Assembly (NCBI GenBank): GCA_034431935.1
Contig: DAOUCU010000059.1
Coordinates: 2,132-66,131 of the forward strand
Direction: 5' to 3'
From: Dehalococcoidia bacterium
Lineage (GTDB): Bacteria; Chloroflexota; Dehalococcoidia; GIF9; JBFMDU01
DNA length: 64,000 nucleotides
Shown: in pieces, positions 18,886 to 28,413 of the stretch
Numbering within the stretch: position 1 is the first letter of the stretch
Layout of the letters: each line of letters begins with the position of its first letter
Translations under genes and position numbers: made by a program
The notes under the pieces: model-generated
Databases searched by the model: none
Seen by the model: the letters and a program-made list of their open reading frames with translations, nothing else
Told to the model about the DNA's origin: nothing

Positions 18886-21078
18886 ATGAGCGAGATTATC
18901 CTCACAATCGACGGGGTGGAAGTGAAAGGAAAAGAAGGGTCTACCGTGCTTCAGGCATCCCGGGACGCCGGCATCTACATCCCGGCATTGTGTTCGCATC
19001 CCGATTTGAAGTCCATGGGACAGTGCCGACTATGTGTGGTAGAGATCGAAGGCGCCTCGGAGCCGATGCTGGCTTGCCAGACCCAGGTTGCCTCCGGAAT
19101 GGCGGTGGTCACGAACTCAGAAACAGTGAAGAAGCGAAGACAGGAGAATCTGAGGGATATTCTGCTGACTCATCCTCACGCCTGCCTTGACTGCTGGAGA
19201 CGTGAGCGTTGTAAACCGTTTGATATCTGCCTGCGTAACGTGACTATTACTGAGCGATGCGTTACCTGTGAGAAGAACGGCCACTGCGAATTGCAGATGG
19301 TGGCCGATTTTATCGGCGTGCTACCGGAGATACCTTACACGCCCAAAAAGGAACCGGTCCGGGTTGAGAGTCCGTTCTTCATTCGTGACTACAATCTGTG
19401 TATTCTTTGCGGCAGATGTGTCCGTGTTTGTCGTGATGTGCGCGGCGTCGGCGTCTATGCCTTTGATAACGAAGAGAAACCGACCAGAGTGCTGACGGTG
19501 AAGGATGATTCGGTACTCGAGTCCGGATGTCGGTCGTGCATGGCCTGCGTCGAAGTCTGTCCTACAGGGGCCCTGATGGACCGGCGTAAGGAGAAGCTCT
19601 GGGACGACCGTCAGGCATTCGTAGTGCCGTGCAAGCACGCCTGTCCGGCCCACATCAATATCCCCCGTTATGTCACCTTGTGCGGTGCCGGTAAGTATGC
19701 CGAAGCCCTCGCGGTGATCCGGGAGAAGGTACCGTTCCCGGGGTCACTTGGCCGGGTGTGTATTCACCCATGTGAAGAAGCCTGCCGCCGCGGCGAGTTG
19801 AACTCACCCATTTCCATCAAGGAGCTGAAGCGCATTGCCGCCGACCGCGGGGGAGATAACTGGAAGGTCAAATCGAGGAAGCTGGCTGCGACCGGCAGGA
19901 AAGTTGCTGTAGTCGGCGCCGGACCGGCTGGTCTGACGGCGGCATACTATCTGGCGAAATGCGGCCATTCCGTTACCGTCTTTGAGGCTTTGCCAGAAGC
20001 CGGGGGAATGATGCGCGTGGGCATTCCTGAGTATCGTTTGCCAAGGAATGTTCTGGCTGACGAGGTGAGGGTAATTACGGACACCGGAGTGGAACTGAAG
20101 ACGAATACCAGGGTAGAGTCGGTTGACGAGCTTATGTCCAAGGGTTTTGAGGCTGTTCTGCTGGCGGTAGGCGCCCATCGCGGCACCAAGATGCGGGTGC
20201 CCGGCGAAGAATTGCCGGGCGTTATGGATGGGGCCACTTTTCTCAGGGAAGTGAATCTTGGCAGGAAAGTGAATGTCGGGAACAAAGTCGCGGTTATCGG
20301 CGGCGGCAACTCGGCGATTGACAGTGCCCGTGTGGCGCTGAGGGCCGGTGCCAGGGAGGTGGTGATGATCTACCGGCGGACACGCGCTGAGATGCCGGCG
20401 GCCCCCGAAGAGATTGAGGACGCTTTGCATGAGGGAATCAAGATTGAATTCCTGGCGGCGCCAAATAAGATTGTCCAGAAAGACGGCCGGCTCAGCCTTG
20501 AGTGTATCCGTATGAGGCTGGGCAGACCTGACGCCAGCGGGCGGCGTTCTCCGGAACCGATACCAGGGAGCGAGTATTCCGTGGAGTACGACACCATCAT
20601 CGCGTCTATCGGCCAGGCTCCGGATGTGCCCCAGGGATTCGGCGTCAAGACCGGCCGGGGCAATGTCATAGCGGCCGATGAAAAGACACTTGAGACCAGC
20701 CGCAGGGGAGTGTTCGCCGCCGGTGACACGGTTACCGGTCCGGCTTCGGTAATAGAGGCCATTGCCGCCGGCCGCTTGGCGGCTGTCTCCATCGATAAGT
20801 ACCTTGGTGGTAAGGGTGTGATTGAAGAGTCGCTGGCCCCGGTCGAGCCTGTAAGCAGGTGGCTGGGTAAAGACGACGGCTTCAGTGAGAAGAAGCGTGA
20901 GGAAGGCGCTCTGCTGGCTCCGGCTGCCCGTGTCGGGAGTTTTATCGAGTGTAAAGCGGCCTTAACCGACGAACAGGCAAGGCGCGAGGGCAACCGCTGT
21001 CTTCGTTGCGATCTGAGATTGACTATATGTCCCGCGCCGATGCCTCCGGCACGGAAGGAGTCACCGGTCTTAGCCTAG
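18886..21078 (+). CDS. Fusion protein: NuoG/HydA-type N-terminal Fe-S module ([2Fe-2S], His-ligated and two [4Fe-4S]) joined to a GltD/NfnB-like FAD/NAD(P)H oxidoreductase
   Basis: 730 aa. The N-terminal Cys patterns (CSHPDLKSMGQCRLC...C; HPHACLDCWRRERC; CILCGRCVRVC; CRSCMACVEVCP) are followed by GltD-type clusters (CKHACPAHINIP...CIHPCEEACRRG) and by FAD (VAVVGAGPAGLTAAYYL) and NAD(P)H (VAVIGGGNSAIDSAR) dinucleotide folds. Confidence 0.8.
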   Translation: MSEIILTIDGVEVKGKEGSTVLQASRDAGIYIPALCSHPDLKSMGQCRLCVVEIEGASEPMLACQTQVASGMAVVTNSETVKKRRQENLRDILLTHPHACLDCWRRERCKPFDICLRNVTITERCVTCEKNGHCELQMVADFIGVLPEIPYTPKKEPVRVESPFFIRDYNLCILCGRCVRVCRDVRGVGVYAFDNEEKPTRVLTVKDDSVLESGCRSCMACVEVCPTGALMDRRKEKLWDDRQAFVVPCKHACPAHINIPRYVTLCGAGKYAEALAVIREKVPFPGSLGRVCIHPCEEACRRGELNSPISIKELKRIAADRGGDNWKVKSRKLAATGRKVAVVGAGPAGLTAAYYLAKCGHSVTVFEALPEAGGMMRVGIPEYRLPRNVLADEVRVITDTGVELKTNTRVESVDELMSKGFEAVLLAVGAHRGTKMRVPGEELPGVMDGATFLREVNLGRKVNVGNKVAVIGGGNSAIDSARVALRAGAREVVMIYRRTRAEMPAAPEEIEDALHEGIKIEFLAAPNKIVQKDGRLSLECIRMRLGRPDASGRRSPEPIPGSEYSVEYDTIIASIGQAPDVPQGFGVKTGRGNVIAADEKTLETSRRGVFAAGDTVTGPASVIEAIAAGRLAAVSIDKYLGGKGVIEESLAPVEPVSRWLGKDDGFSEKKREEGALLAPAARVGSFIECKAALTDEQARREGNRCLRCDLRLTICPAPMPPARKESPVLA

Positions 21079-21104
21079 ATTAGGGTGTAGTGTTCGTGTG
21101 TCAT

Positions 21105-21143
21105 AAAGGAGCGCTGTCGACCTTACCGGCGCTCCTTTTTTGC
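21105..21143 (+). terminator. Rho-independent terminator after the Fe-S/GltD fusion gene
   Basis: AAAGGAGCGC-(13-nt loop)-GCGCTCCTTTTTTGCG is a 10-bp GC-rich stem followed immediately by a T6 tract. Confidence 0.7.
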
Positions 21144-21169
21144 GTCCGTTATTTATATTGTCGATGCCT

Positions 21170-21198
21170 GTTGACCGAAGCGGGATTGTGTGATTAAA
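21170..21198 (+). promoter_or_regulatory. Putative promoter of the nuoE-nuoF-fdhA-nfnAB operon
   Basis: -35 TTGACC (21170-21175), a 17-bp spacer, and an extended -10 TGaTTAAAT (21190-21198). This leaves a leader of about 110 nt to the nuoE-like start. Confidence 0.4.
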
Positions 21199-21314
21199 TA
21201 TCCGGGACATACGCGGTTTACTCTAAGTGATTTCACTATCTACCTGGGCCGCCCGAGCGCGGCTCATTTCTATGTACGGTGGCTCCGTTCCAAAGCTTGC
21301 CTGTTGGAGGTACC

Positions 21315-21764
21315 ATGGATGTTGAGCTAGCCAAATCGCTTGAGCCTTACCGCAACCAGAAGGGTGCCCTGATCACCGTGCTTCAGAAGGTTCAGGAAAA
21401 GTACGGCTACCTGCCAAAGGATTTGTTGTCTGAGGTTGCCAAACTCTGCCGTACCTCCGTGAGTGACGTATTTGGAGTGGCCTCATTCTACGCACAGTTC
21501 TATTTCTCTCCCAGAGGGCGTCATACAATAAAGTGCTGTGTGGGAACTGCCTGCCACGTTCGTGGTGGTCAGCGTATTCTGGAAAGTGTGGAGAGAGAAC
21601 TGGAGACGAAGGCTGGTGGTACAACCCCGGATGGCAGATTCTCGGTGGAGAAAGTGGCTTGTTTCGGTTCTTGTGCGCTGGGGCCAGTAATCGTTATTGA
21701 CCGCAATGTTTACGGCCGCATGACACCAACTAAGGTTAAGGGTGCTCTGGAGAATTATCGTTAA
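21315..21764 (+). CDS. NuoE/FdsG/HoxE-like thioredoxin-fold [2Fe-2S] subunit
   Basis: CxxxxC...CxxxC arrangement (CCVGTACHVRGG ... CFGSCALGP). GGAGG lies 4 nt upstream of the ATG at 21315. An in-frame upstream ATG exists at 21279. Confidence 0.8.
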   Translation: MDVELAKSLEPYRNQKGALITVLQKVQEKYGYLPKDLLSEVAKLCRTSVSDVFGVASFYAQFYFSPRGRHTIKCCVGTACHVRGGQRILESVERELETKAGGTTPDGRFSVEKVACFGSCALGPVIVIDRNVYGRMTPTKVKGALENYR

Positions 21765-21777
21765 GGTGCGGTGAGAC

Positions 21778-24700
21778 ATGACCTTCGAAGAGTTAAAGTC
21801 ACGAGCTTTGGCTGAATGGCAGAGCTGGCACGACAGCCCAAAAGTACGTATCCTCGTGGGTACAGCTACGTGCGGCAAGGCCGCCGGTGCCGACAGTGTT
21901 GTAAAGGCTATTAGAGAGGAGCTGGCAAATCGGCACGTGGACGCAATTGTAACCGGGGTTGGTTGCATAGGCCTGTGCTATTTGGAGCCGATAGTAGATA
22001 TCATCAAGCCGGGTCAGCCCCGCATCGCGTACGGAAATGTCACGCCGGAGATTGCCGTTGAATTAGTGCGTGACTACGTCGTCGGAGACAATCCTCGTCG
22101 GGACTTGGCGCTGGGGACTATTGGAGAAGGTTCAGTCCAAGGAATACCCCGGCTTTTCGATACTCCGGTTCTCAAGCACCAGGTTCGGCTAGTCTTACGC
22201 AATTGCGGTTTTATCGACCCTGAAAGTATTAGTCACTATATTGCCAATGGTGGCTACTCAGGCTTTGTCAGGGCTCTCGGTATGAAGGCCGATCAGGTGA
22301 TTGACGAACTAAAGAAATCGGGGTTGAGGGGACGTGGTGGTGCCGGTTTTCCTACGTGGCAGAAGTGGGAATTCTGCCGCAGGTCACCCGGCACCCCAAA
22401 GTATGTCATTTGTAATGCCGATGAGGGTGACCCGGGGGCATTTATGAACCGCTCGCTACTGGAGGGCGACCCCCACGCCTTGTTAGAGGGCATGTTGATC
22501 GGCGGCTATGCGATTGGTGCTAGTCATGGCTACATATACTGCCGCGCTGAATACCCCCTGGCTTTGGAGCGCCTGCGCCTTGCGATTAGCCAGATGGGAA
22601 AGTGCGGTTTGATCGGCGATAACATTCTGGGCTCTGGCTTCAGCTTCGATATTACGATTAAGGAGGGTGCCGGAGCCTTTGTTTGTGGTGAAGAGACTGC
22701 TTTGATGGCCTCAATCGAAGGCAAGCGGGGTATGCCGCGTCCCCGTCCGCCCTTCCCGGCGGTCTCGGGTCTATGGGGTAAGCCAACGAATATCAATAAC
22801 GTTGAGACCTGGGCCGATGTTGCCCTGATACTTCAAAGAGGTGCCGACTTTTATGCTGGTTATGGTGTTCCTTCATGCAGGGGTACTAAGACCTTCTCGC
22901 TTGTGGGTAAGGTTGAGCGCACGGGGTTAATCGAAATCCCGTTTGGCATGACGCTGAGAAAAGTAATATATGACATCGGCGGCGGTATTCTGAAAGGAAA
23001 GAAATTCAAAGCAGTTCAGACCGGTGGTCCATCGGGGGGATGTTTGCCTCCTGCGGTGCTTGATATGCCGATTGATTACGAGTCCTTGACTGCCGCCGGG
23101 TCAATTATGGGGTCGGGTGGGATGATTGTGATGGATGAAGGGACATGTGTTGTCGACCTGGCCAAATACTTTCTTAATTTTGTTCAGGCCGAATCGTGCG
23201 GCAAGTGCGTGCCGTGCCGTGTGGGGACGCGGCAGATGCTGTCAGTCTTGACCCGGATAACCAGTGGCCAGGGTCGGGTGGGTGACATCGAACTGCTAGA
23301 AAAACTGGCCAGCACCGTCAAGAATGGCTCGCTCTGCGGTCTTGGCCAGACAGCTCCGAACCCGGTGCTAACCACGCTTAAGTATTTTCGCGAGGAGTAC
23401 GAAGAGCACATCAAGAAGCATCACTGCCGCGCGGCGGTATGCAAGGGGCTGGTTGAGGCGCCGTGCAGTCATACCTGCCCTGCCGGTATCGATGTACCGA
23501 GGTACATACGGTTTATCGAACAGGGCGAGTTTGGTGAGTCTTGCGCCACTATCCGTGAGAAGGTGCCGTTCCCCGGTGTGCTGGGCAGGGTCTGTTTCCA
23601 TCCATGTGAATCGAGATGCCGGCGCGGCCAGCTCGAACAGCCTGTTGCTATCAAGGAACTTAAGCGGCTTGCGGCTGATTTCGATAGCGGCGTCTGGAAG
23701 AAGCGGTTGACGCCAACCAAGCCGACAGGGAAAAGGGTGGCGGTAGTCGGCTCCGGTCCGGCCGGTCTGACCGCGGCTTACTATCTGGCCCGGCTGGGGC
23801 ATGAGGTGACTGTTTTTGAGGCATTGCCTCATGCCGGCGGCATGATGCGAGTTGGTATTCCTGAGTACAGGTTGCCCCGTAAAGTGTTGGATGGTGAAAT
23901 TGATGACATTCTCAGCATGGGCGTCACTATTAAAACGAATACGAAAGTGGCTTCACTGGATGTCCTCAAGGCTGATGGGTTTCAGGCGGTATTCGTGGCT
24001 GTCGGTGCCCACCGTGGTCAAAAGATTGGTATACCCGGAGAAGGAAGCTCCGGTGTCATGGAGGGTGTGGAGTTTCTGAGGTGCATCAGCCTTGGTGGAA
24101 AAGTGGTGGTGGGGGAGCGCGTAGCGGTTATCGGCGGCGGTAATGTTGCTATCGATGCCGCGCGCACCGCTCTGAGATTGGGTGCTAAGGATGTCTTGAT
24201 CCTTTATCGCCGTACCGAGGCGGAGATGCCGGCGGCACCAGAGGAAATCGAAGGTGCACGGCAGGAAGGAGTCAAGATAGTCTTTCTTGTAGCACCGCAC
24301 CGCATAGAGAAAAGGGATGGTAAGCTGGTTCTGGAAATGTTGCGGATGACACTCGGGGACAAGGCTGATGCCAGAGGTCGAAGACAGCCGGTAGCCGTTG
24401 ATGGTAGCCAGTTCTCGGAAGAGTTTGATACGGTAATTGTGGCCATTGGTCAGGTCCCCGATGTTCCCGCAAATTTCGGACTACCATCGGGTGACGGCGG
24501 CGTTATCAAAGTTGACCCGGATACGCTGGCGACTGTGAAGCCGGGAGTATTCTCCGGTGGTGACTGTGTCAGCGGTCCGGCTTCTGTGATTGAGGCAATA
24601 GCCGCCGGCCGCCAGGCTGCGGTCTCGATCGACCAATTCCTCGGCGGTAAAGGGAACATCGAAGAGAAATTGGCTCGTGAGGAGACGATAACCCCGCCGG

Positions 24701-24861
24701 AAATAGAAGAGGGAGAGGCCTACCGTCCCAAAATGCGTCATGCAAGCATGATTAGGCGCTGTGCCAGCTTCACCGAGGTAGATATTGGTCTCACTAGAAA
24801 AGCCGGAGTAAAGGAAACAAAGCGATGCCTTCGGTGCGACCTCGAGCCGAGGGAGGAGTAG
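21778..24861 (+). CDS. NuoF/FdsB-like NAD(H)/FMN subunit with an N-terminal thioredoxin-like [2Fe-2S] domain, fused C-terminally to a GltD/NfnB-like FAD/NAD(P)H oxidoreductase
   Basis: 1027 aa. FMN motif GRGGAGFPTWQKW, NADH site CNADEGDPGAF, N3 cluster ESCGKCVPCRVG...CGLGQ, then GltD-type Cys clusters (CSHTCPAGIDVP...CFHPCESRCRRG) and two dinucleotide folds (VAVVGSGPAGLTAAYYL, VAVIGGGNVAIDAAR). Confidence 0.85.
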   Translation: MTFEELKSRALAEWQSWHDSPKVRILVGTATCGKAAGADSVVKAIREELANRHVDAIVTGVGCIGLCYLEPIVDIIKPGQPRIAYGNVTPEIAVELVRDYVVGDNPRRDLALGTIGEGSVQGIPRLFDTPVLKHQVRLVLRNCGFIDPESISHYIANGGYSGFVRALGMKADQVIDELKKSGLRGRGGAGFPTWQKWEFCRRSPGTPKYVICNADEGDPGAFMNRSLLEGDPHALLEGMLIGGYAIGASHGYIYCRAEYPLALERLRLAISQMGKCGLIGDNILGSGFSFDITIKEGAGAFVCGEETALMASIEGKRGMPRPRPPFPAVSGLWGKPTNINNVETWADVALILQRGADFYAGYGVPSCRGTKTFSLVGKVERTGLIEIPFGMTLRKVIYDIGGGILKGKKFKAVQTGGPSGGCLPPAVLDMPIDYESLTAAGSIMGSGGMIVMDEGTCVVDLAKYFLNFVQAESCGKCVPCRVGTRQMLSVLTRITSGQGRVGDIELLEKLASTVKNGSLCGLGQTAPNPVLTTLKYFREEYEEHIKKHHCRAAVCKGLVEAPCSHTCPAGIDVPRYIRFIEQGEFGESCATIREKVPFPGVLGRVCFHPCESRCRRGQLEQPVAIKELKRLAADFDSGVWKKRLTPTKPTGKRVAVVGSGPAGLTAAYYLARLGHEVTVFEALPHAGGMMRVGIPEYRLPRKVLDGEIDDILSMGVTIKTNTKVASLDVLKADGFQAVFVAVGAHRGQKIGIPGEGSSGVMEGVEFLRCISLGGKVVVGERVAVIGGGNVAIDAARTALRLGAKDVLILYRRTEAEMPAAPEEIEGARQEGVKIVFLVAPHRIEKRDGKLVLEMLRMTLGDKADARGRRQPVAVDGSQFSEEFDTVIVAIGQVPDVPANFGLPSGDGGVIKVDPDTLATVKPGVFSGGDCVSGPASVIEAIAAGRQAAVSIDQFLGGKGNIEEKLAREETITPPEIEEGEAYRPKMRHASMIRRCASFTEVDIGLTRKAGVKETKRCLRCDLEPREE

Positions 24862-24863
24862 AG

Positions 24864-27539
24864 ATGACGACGAATGTCACTCTTACCATAGATGGCAGGG
24901 CAGTCTCTGTTCCACCGGGAGTAACCGTCCTGGAGGCGGCACGTAAGGCTGGCGTTTACATACCGACCCTCTGTCACCATGAGGCGTTAGACCCCTACGG
25001 CGGTTGCCGTATGTGTATCGTCGAAATTGAAGGTATGCGTGGCTTCCCTACCTCGTGTTCGACGCCCGTGGCCGATAAAATGGTGGTCAGGACCAGCACA
25101 ACCCAGATTCAGGAACTGAGGCGCAATATCTTCGAGCTGGTCCTTAGCGAGCACCCTTTCCAGTGCACGTCCTGTGTCAAGAATATGCGCTGTGAACTTC
25201 AACAGGTGGCTGCCCATATCGGGCTGGACAGAGTTTCTCTGCCGTCTGCAGTCAAGGACCTGCCGGTGCTTACTGATAGTGCTTTCTTTGACCGCGATTA
25301 CAAGCTGTGTATTCTCTGCGGCCGCTGTGTGCGTATGTGTCAGGAAGTGCGTGGCGCCGCCGCTATCGCTTTTACTTACAGGGGTGGTGATTCGCTGGTA
25401 GGCACTGCATTCGGGCAGACCCTTCAGGATGCCGAATGCCAGTTCTGCGGCGCCTGTGTTGACGTTTGTCCCACCGGCGCCCTGATGGACCGTGCTCTCA
25501 AGCCGGTCCGCTCGGTTGACCGCCGCGTCATTACCACCTGTCCTTACTGCGGAGTCGGCTGTCAGCTTCTTCTTTCGGTCAAGGACGGGAAGATAGTCTA
25601 TTCGGAAGCCGCACCCGGCATGTCGCCCAACAATGGACAGTTATGCGTCAAGGGCAAATACGGTATTCAAGAGTTCGTGCACCATCCGGAGCGTCTGGCC
25701 AGACCACTAATCCGTAAGGGCGGCAGGCTGGTCGAAAGCACCTGGGACGAGGCGCTTTCGTTGGTCGCATCCAGGCTATCACAATACAGGGGTGACCAGT
25801 TCGGTTTCGTCTCTTCGGCCAAGTGTACCAACGAGGAGAACTACGTGGGGCAGAAATTCGCTCGTCTGGTCATGGGCACCAACAACGTCGACCATTGCGC
25901 CCGGCTGTGTCACGCCTCGACCGTGGCTGGTCTAGCACAGGCCTTTGGTAGTGGTGCTATGACAAATCCCATCGGAGAAATCGCTGATGCCGGCTGTATC
26001 GTGGTCATCGGCAGTAACACCACGGAAGCTCACCCGGTGATCGGCCTCGAGGTCAAGCGCGCGGTGCGGCGTGGTGCTAAACTCATCGTGATTAATCCAC
26101 TTGAAATTGCTCTCTGCCGCAGGGCTGATATCTGGCTCAGACACAGACCGGGCAGTGACGTAGCCCTTGTTATGGGCATGGCCCGGGTTATTCTGGAGCA
26201 GGGTTTGGCCGATATGGACTTCGTCAATCAGCGCTGTGAAAACTTTGATGAGTTTAAAGAATCGCTGGGGGAATACGACCTTGATACAGTTGAAAGGCTG
26301 ACCGGTGTCAGCCGAGAAAATATCGTCGAAGCCGCCCGGACGTATGCCACCTTCAAACCGGCGGCTATTCTTTACACAATGGGCATAACACAGAGCAGCC
26401 ACGGCACCGATAATGTCCTCGCCATCGCCAACCTTGCCATGCTCACGGGCAATCTCGGCAGGTCTTCCAGCGGGGTTAATCCACTGCGCGGGCAGAATAA
26501 TGTCCAGGGTGCCTGCGATATGGGTGCTTTGCCTAACGTCTATCCGGGTTATCAGTCGGTTGCCGACCCGGCAATTGCTGCTAAGTTCGAAGCCGCTTGG
26601 GGCGGTAAGATGAACACCAAACCAGGGCTGACCATGACCGAGATGGTCGGCGCCATTGACCGCGGTGAAATGAGGGCTTTATATGTCATGGGCGAGAACC
26701 CGGTGCTGGCCGATGCTGATGCCAATCATGTTATTAAGGCTCTTGAGAAGCTGGAATTCCTTGTAGCTCAGGACATCTTTCTGACTGAGACCAGTCGGCT
26801 GGCCCATGTGGTACTCCCGGCGGCCAGCTTTGCCGAGAAAGATGGTACTTTTACCAACACCGAGCGCCGTGTCCAGCGTGTTCGTAAGGCGGTCGAGCCA
26901 CCGGGAGAGGCTTTGCCTGACTGGAGGATTGTCTGTAATGTAGCGTCCAGAATGGGGGCGAGCGGGTTCGCCTATTTGACTGCGGAAGAGATTATGAAAG
27001 AGATTGCTGCCTTGACACCGAGCTACGGAGGTATTACCTACGAGCGTCTGGAAAGTTGCGGGTTGCACTGGCCGTGTCCCATGATAGACCATCCCGGGAC
27101 GCCGGTCCTGCACCGGACAACCTTCAGCCGCGGCAAGGGTAGATTCTTCCCGCTCAAGTACCGTCCGCCGGCAGAGTTGCCGGACGCGGACTATCCACTG
27201 GTTCTAACTACAGGACGCTCTCTATTCCACTATCATACCGGCACTATGACTAGGAAGGTAGCGGGGCTTAACCAGATTGAGCCGGGCGGCACCGTTGAAA
27301 TCAATCCGGTTGATGCTGAAAGTCTTGGCATCGCTGATGGCGAGACGGTGAGAGTGAGTTCGCGGCGCGGCGCGGTCATGACCAAGGCAAAGGTGACCGA
27401 AGCTGTGGCCCCCGGAGTGGTCTTCATGGCGTTCCATTTTGCCGAGAGTCCGGCCAATGTGCTGACAAATGCGGCGCTTGACCCGGTGTGCAAGATACCG
27501 GAGTTCAAGGTATCCGCAGTAAGGATAGAAAAGGCTTAA
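24864..27539 (+). CDS. fdhA: Formate dehydrogenase catalytic subunit (FdsA/FdhF-like), Cys-type, with a NuoG-like N-terminal Fe-S domain
   Basis: Start at ATG 24864 with GGGAGGAG upstream, 2 nt after the previous stop. It has the Mo/W-bisPGD fold and a 4Fe-4S site CPYCGVGC...C. The catalytic motif NNVDHCARLCHAS aligns with FdhF RVUHGPS with Cys replacing Sec, and the Arg motif PLRGQNNVQGACDMGALPN is present. Confidence 0.9.
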   Translation: MTTNVTLTIDGRAVSVPPGVTVLEAARKAGVYIPTLCHHEALDPYGGCRMCIVEIEGMRGFPTSCSTPVADKMVVRTSTTQIQELRRNIFELVLSEHPFQCTSCVKNMRCELQQVAAHIGLDRVSLPSAVKDLPVLTDSAFFDRDYKLCILCGRCVRMCQEVRGAAAIAFTYRGGDSLVGTAFGQTLQDAECQFCGACVDVCPTGALMDRALKPVRSVDRRVITTCPYCGVGCQLLLSVKDGKIVYSEAAPGMSPNNGQLCVKGKYGIQEFVHHPERLARPLIRKGGRLVESTWDEALSLVASRLSQYRGDQFGFVSSAKCTNEENYVGQKFARLVMGTNNVDHCARLCHASTVAGLAQAFGSGAMTNPIGEIADAGCIVVIGSNTTEAHPVIGLEVKRAVRRGAKLIVINPLEIALCRRADIWLRHRPGSDVALVMGMARVILEQGLADMDFVNQRCENFDEFKESLGEYDLDTVERLTGVSRENIVEAARTYATFKPAAILYTMGITQSSHGTDNVLAIANLAMLTGNLGRSSSGVNPLRGQNNVQGACDMGALPNVYPGYQSVADPAIAAKFEAAWGGKMNTKPGLTMTEMVGAIDRGEMRALYVMGENPVLADADANHVIKALEKLEFLVAQDIFLTETSRLAHVVLPAASFAEKDGTFTNTERRVQRVRKAVEPPGEALPDWRIVCNVASRMGASGFAYLTAEEIMKEIAALTPSYGGITYERLESCGLHWPCPMIDHPGTPVLHRTTFSRGKGRFFPLKYRPPAELPDADYPLVLTTGRSLFHYHTGTMTRKVAGLNQIEPGGTVEINPVDAESLGIADGETVRVSSRRGAVMTKAKVTEAVAPGVVFMAFHFAESPANVLTNAALDPVCKIPEFKVSAVRIEKA

Positions 27540-27552
27540 AGGAGGCCTGCTG

Positions 27553-28410
27553 ATGTACCGGATTGTAGCCAAGGAGACGCTGGTCCCAAGCATCCAGTTG
27601 ATGAAAATAGACGCTCCGGCGGTGAGCCGCAAAGGCAGGGCTGGCCAGTTCGTCATTGTCCGCACCCACGAGCGCGGCGAGCGGATTCCTCTGACTATTG
27701 CCGATATGGACCCCAAAGAAGGGACGGTGACCATTGTTTTTCAGGAGGTCGGCAAGAGCACTCGCGAGCTGGCCATGTTTAAAGCCGGGGACTTAATTAA
27801 GGACTTCGTCGGCCCGCTGGGCATTCCAACTCATGTTGATAAAGTCGGCACTGTCGTTTGCGTCGCTGGCGGCGTTGGAGTGGCTCCCATCGCCCCCATT
27901 GCCCGGGCCTTTAAGCAGGCGGGCAACAGGGTGATTACCATCATGGGCGCGCGGAGCAAGAACCTGCTTTTCTGGGAAGACCGACTGAAGGCCGTCAGTG
28001 ACGAGTTGATTGTAACTACCGATGATGGCACCTACGGCCGCAAGGGCGTCGTCACCGTTCCTCTGAAAGAGGTGCTGGAGCGGCCTGAAAAAATAGCCGA
28101 GGTCATTGCTATCGGTCCGGTGGTGATGATGAAGTTCTGCTGTGTGACCACCAGGCCGTTCAACGTCAAGACCATCGTCAGCCTCAACTCGCTGATGCTT
28201 GATGGTACCGGTATGTGCGGCTGTTGCCGTGTTTCTGCTGGCGGTCAGACCAAGTTCGTCTGCGTTGACGGCCCGGATTTCGATGGTCACACTATCGACT
28301 GGGACATCTTCCAGGCACGCCAACAGATATATCTTGACGAAGAAAAGCAGGCGTTGCAGGAGTGGGAAAGGTGTGGGTGTGTCAGCGCCGCTCAGAAAGC
28401 GAGGGCTTAA
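27553..28410 (+). CDS. nfnA: NfnA/SudB/PyrK-like FAD/NAD(P)H oxidoreductase subunit with a C-terminal [2Fe-2S]
   Basis: 285 aa. AAAGGAGG lies 8 nt upstream. It has a ferredoxin-NADP reductase fold (GQFVIVR...RIPLTIAD; VVCVAGGVGVAPI) and a C-terminal Cys cluster MCGCCRVS...CVDGP. Confidence 0.8.
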   Translation: MYRIVAKETLVPSIQLMKIDAPAVSRKGRAGQFVIVRTHERGERIPLTIADMDPKEGTVTIVFQEVGKSTRELAMFKAGDLIKDFVGPLGIPTHVDKVGTVVCVAGGVGVAPIAPIARAFKQAGNRVITIMGARSKNLLFWEDRLKAVSDELIVTTDDGTYGRKGVVTVPLKEVLERPEKIAEVIAIGPVVMMKFCCVTTRPFNVKTIVSLNSLMLDGTGMCGCCRVSAGGQTKFVCVDGPDFDGHTIDWDIFQARQQIYLDEEKQALQEWERCGCVSAAQKARA

Positions 28411-28413
28411 GCC

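Noticed and set aside
19804-20993. Antisense ORFs of about 207 aa inside the Fe-S/GltD fusion gene
   Set aside because: Same reasoning. The sense strand carries complete cofactor-binding motifs.
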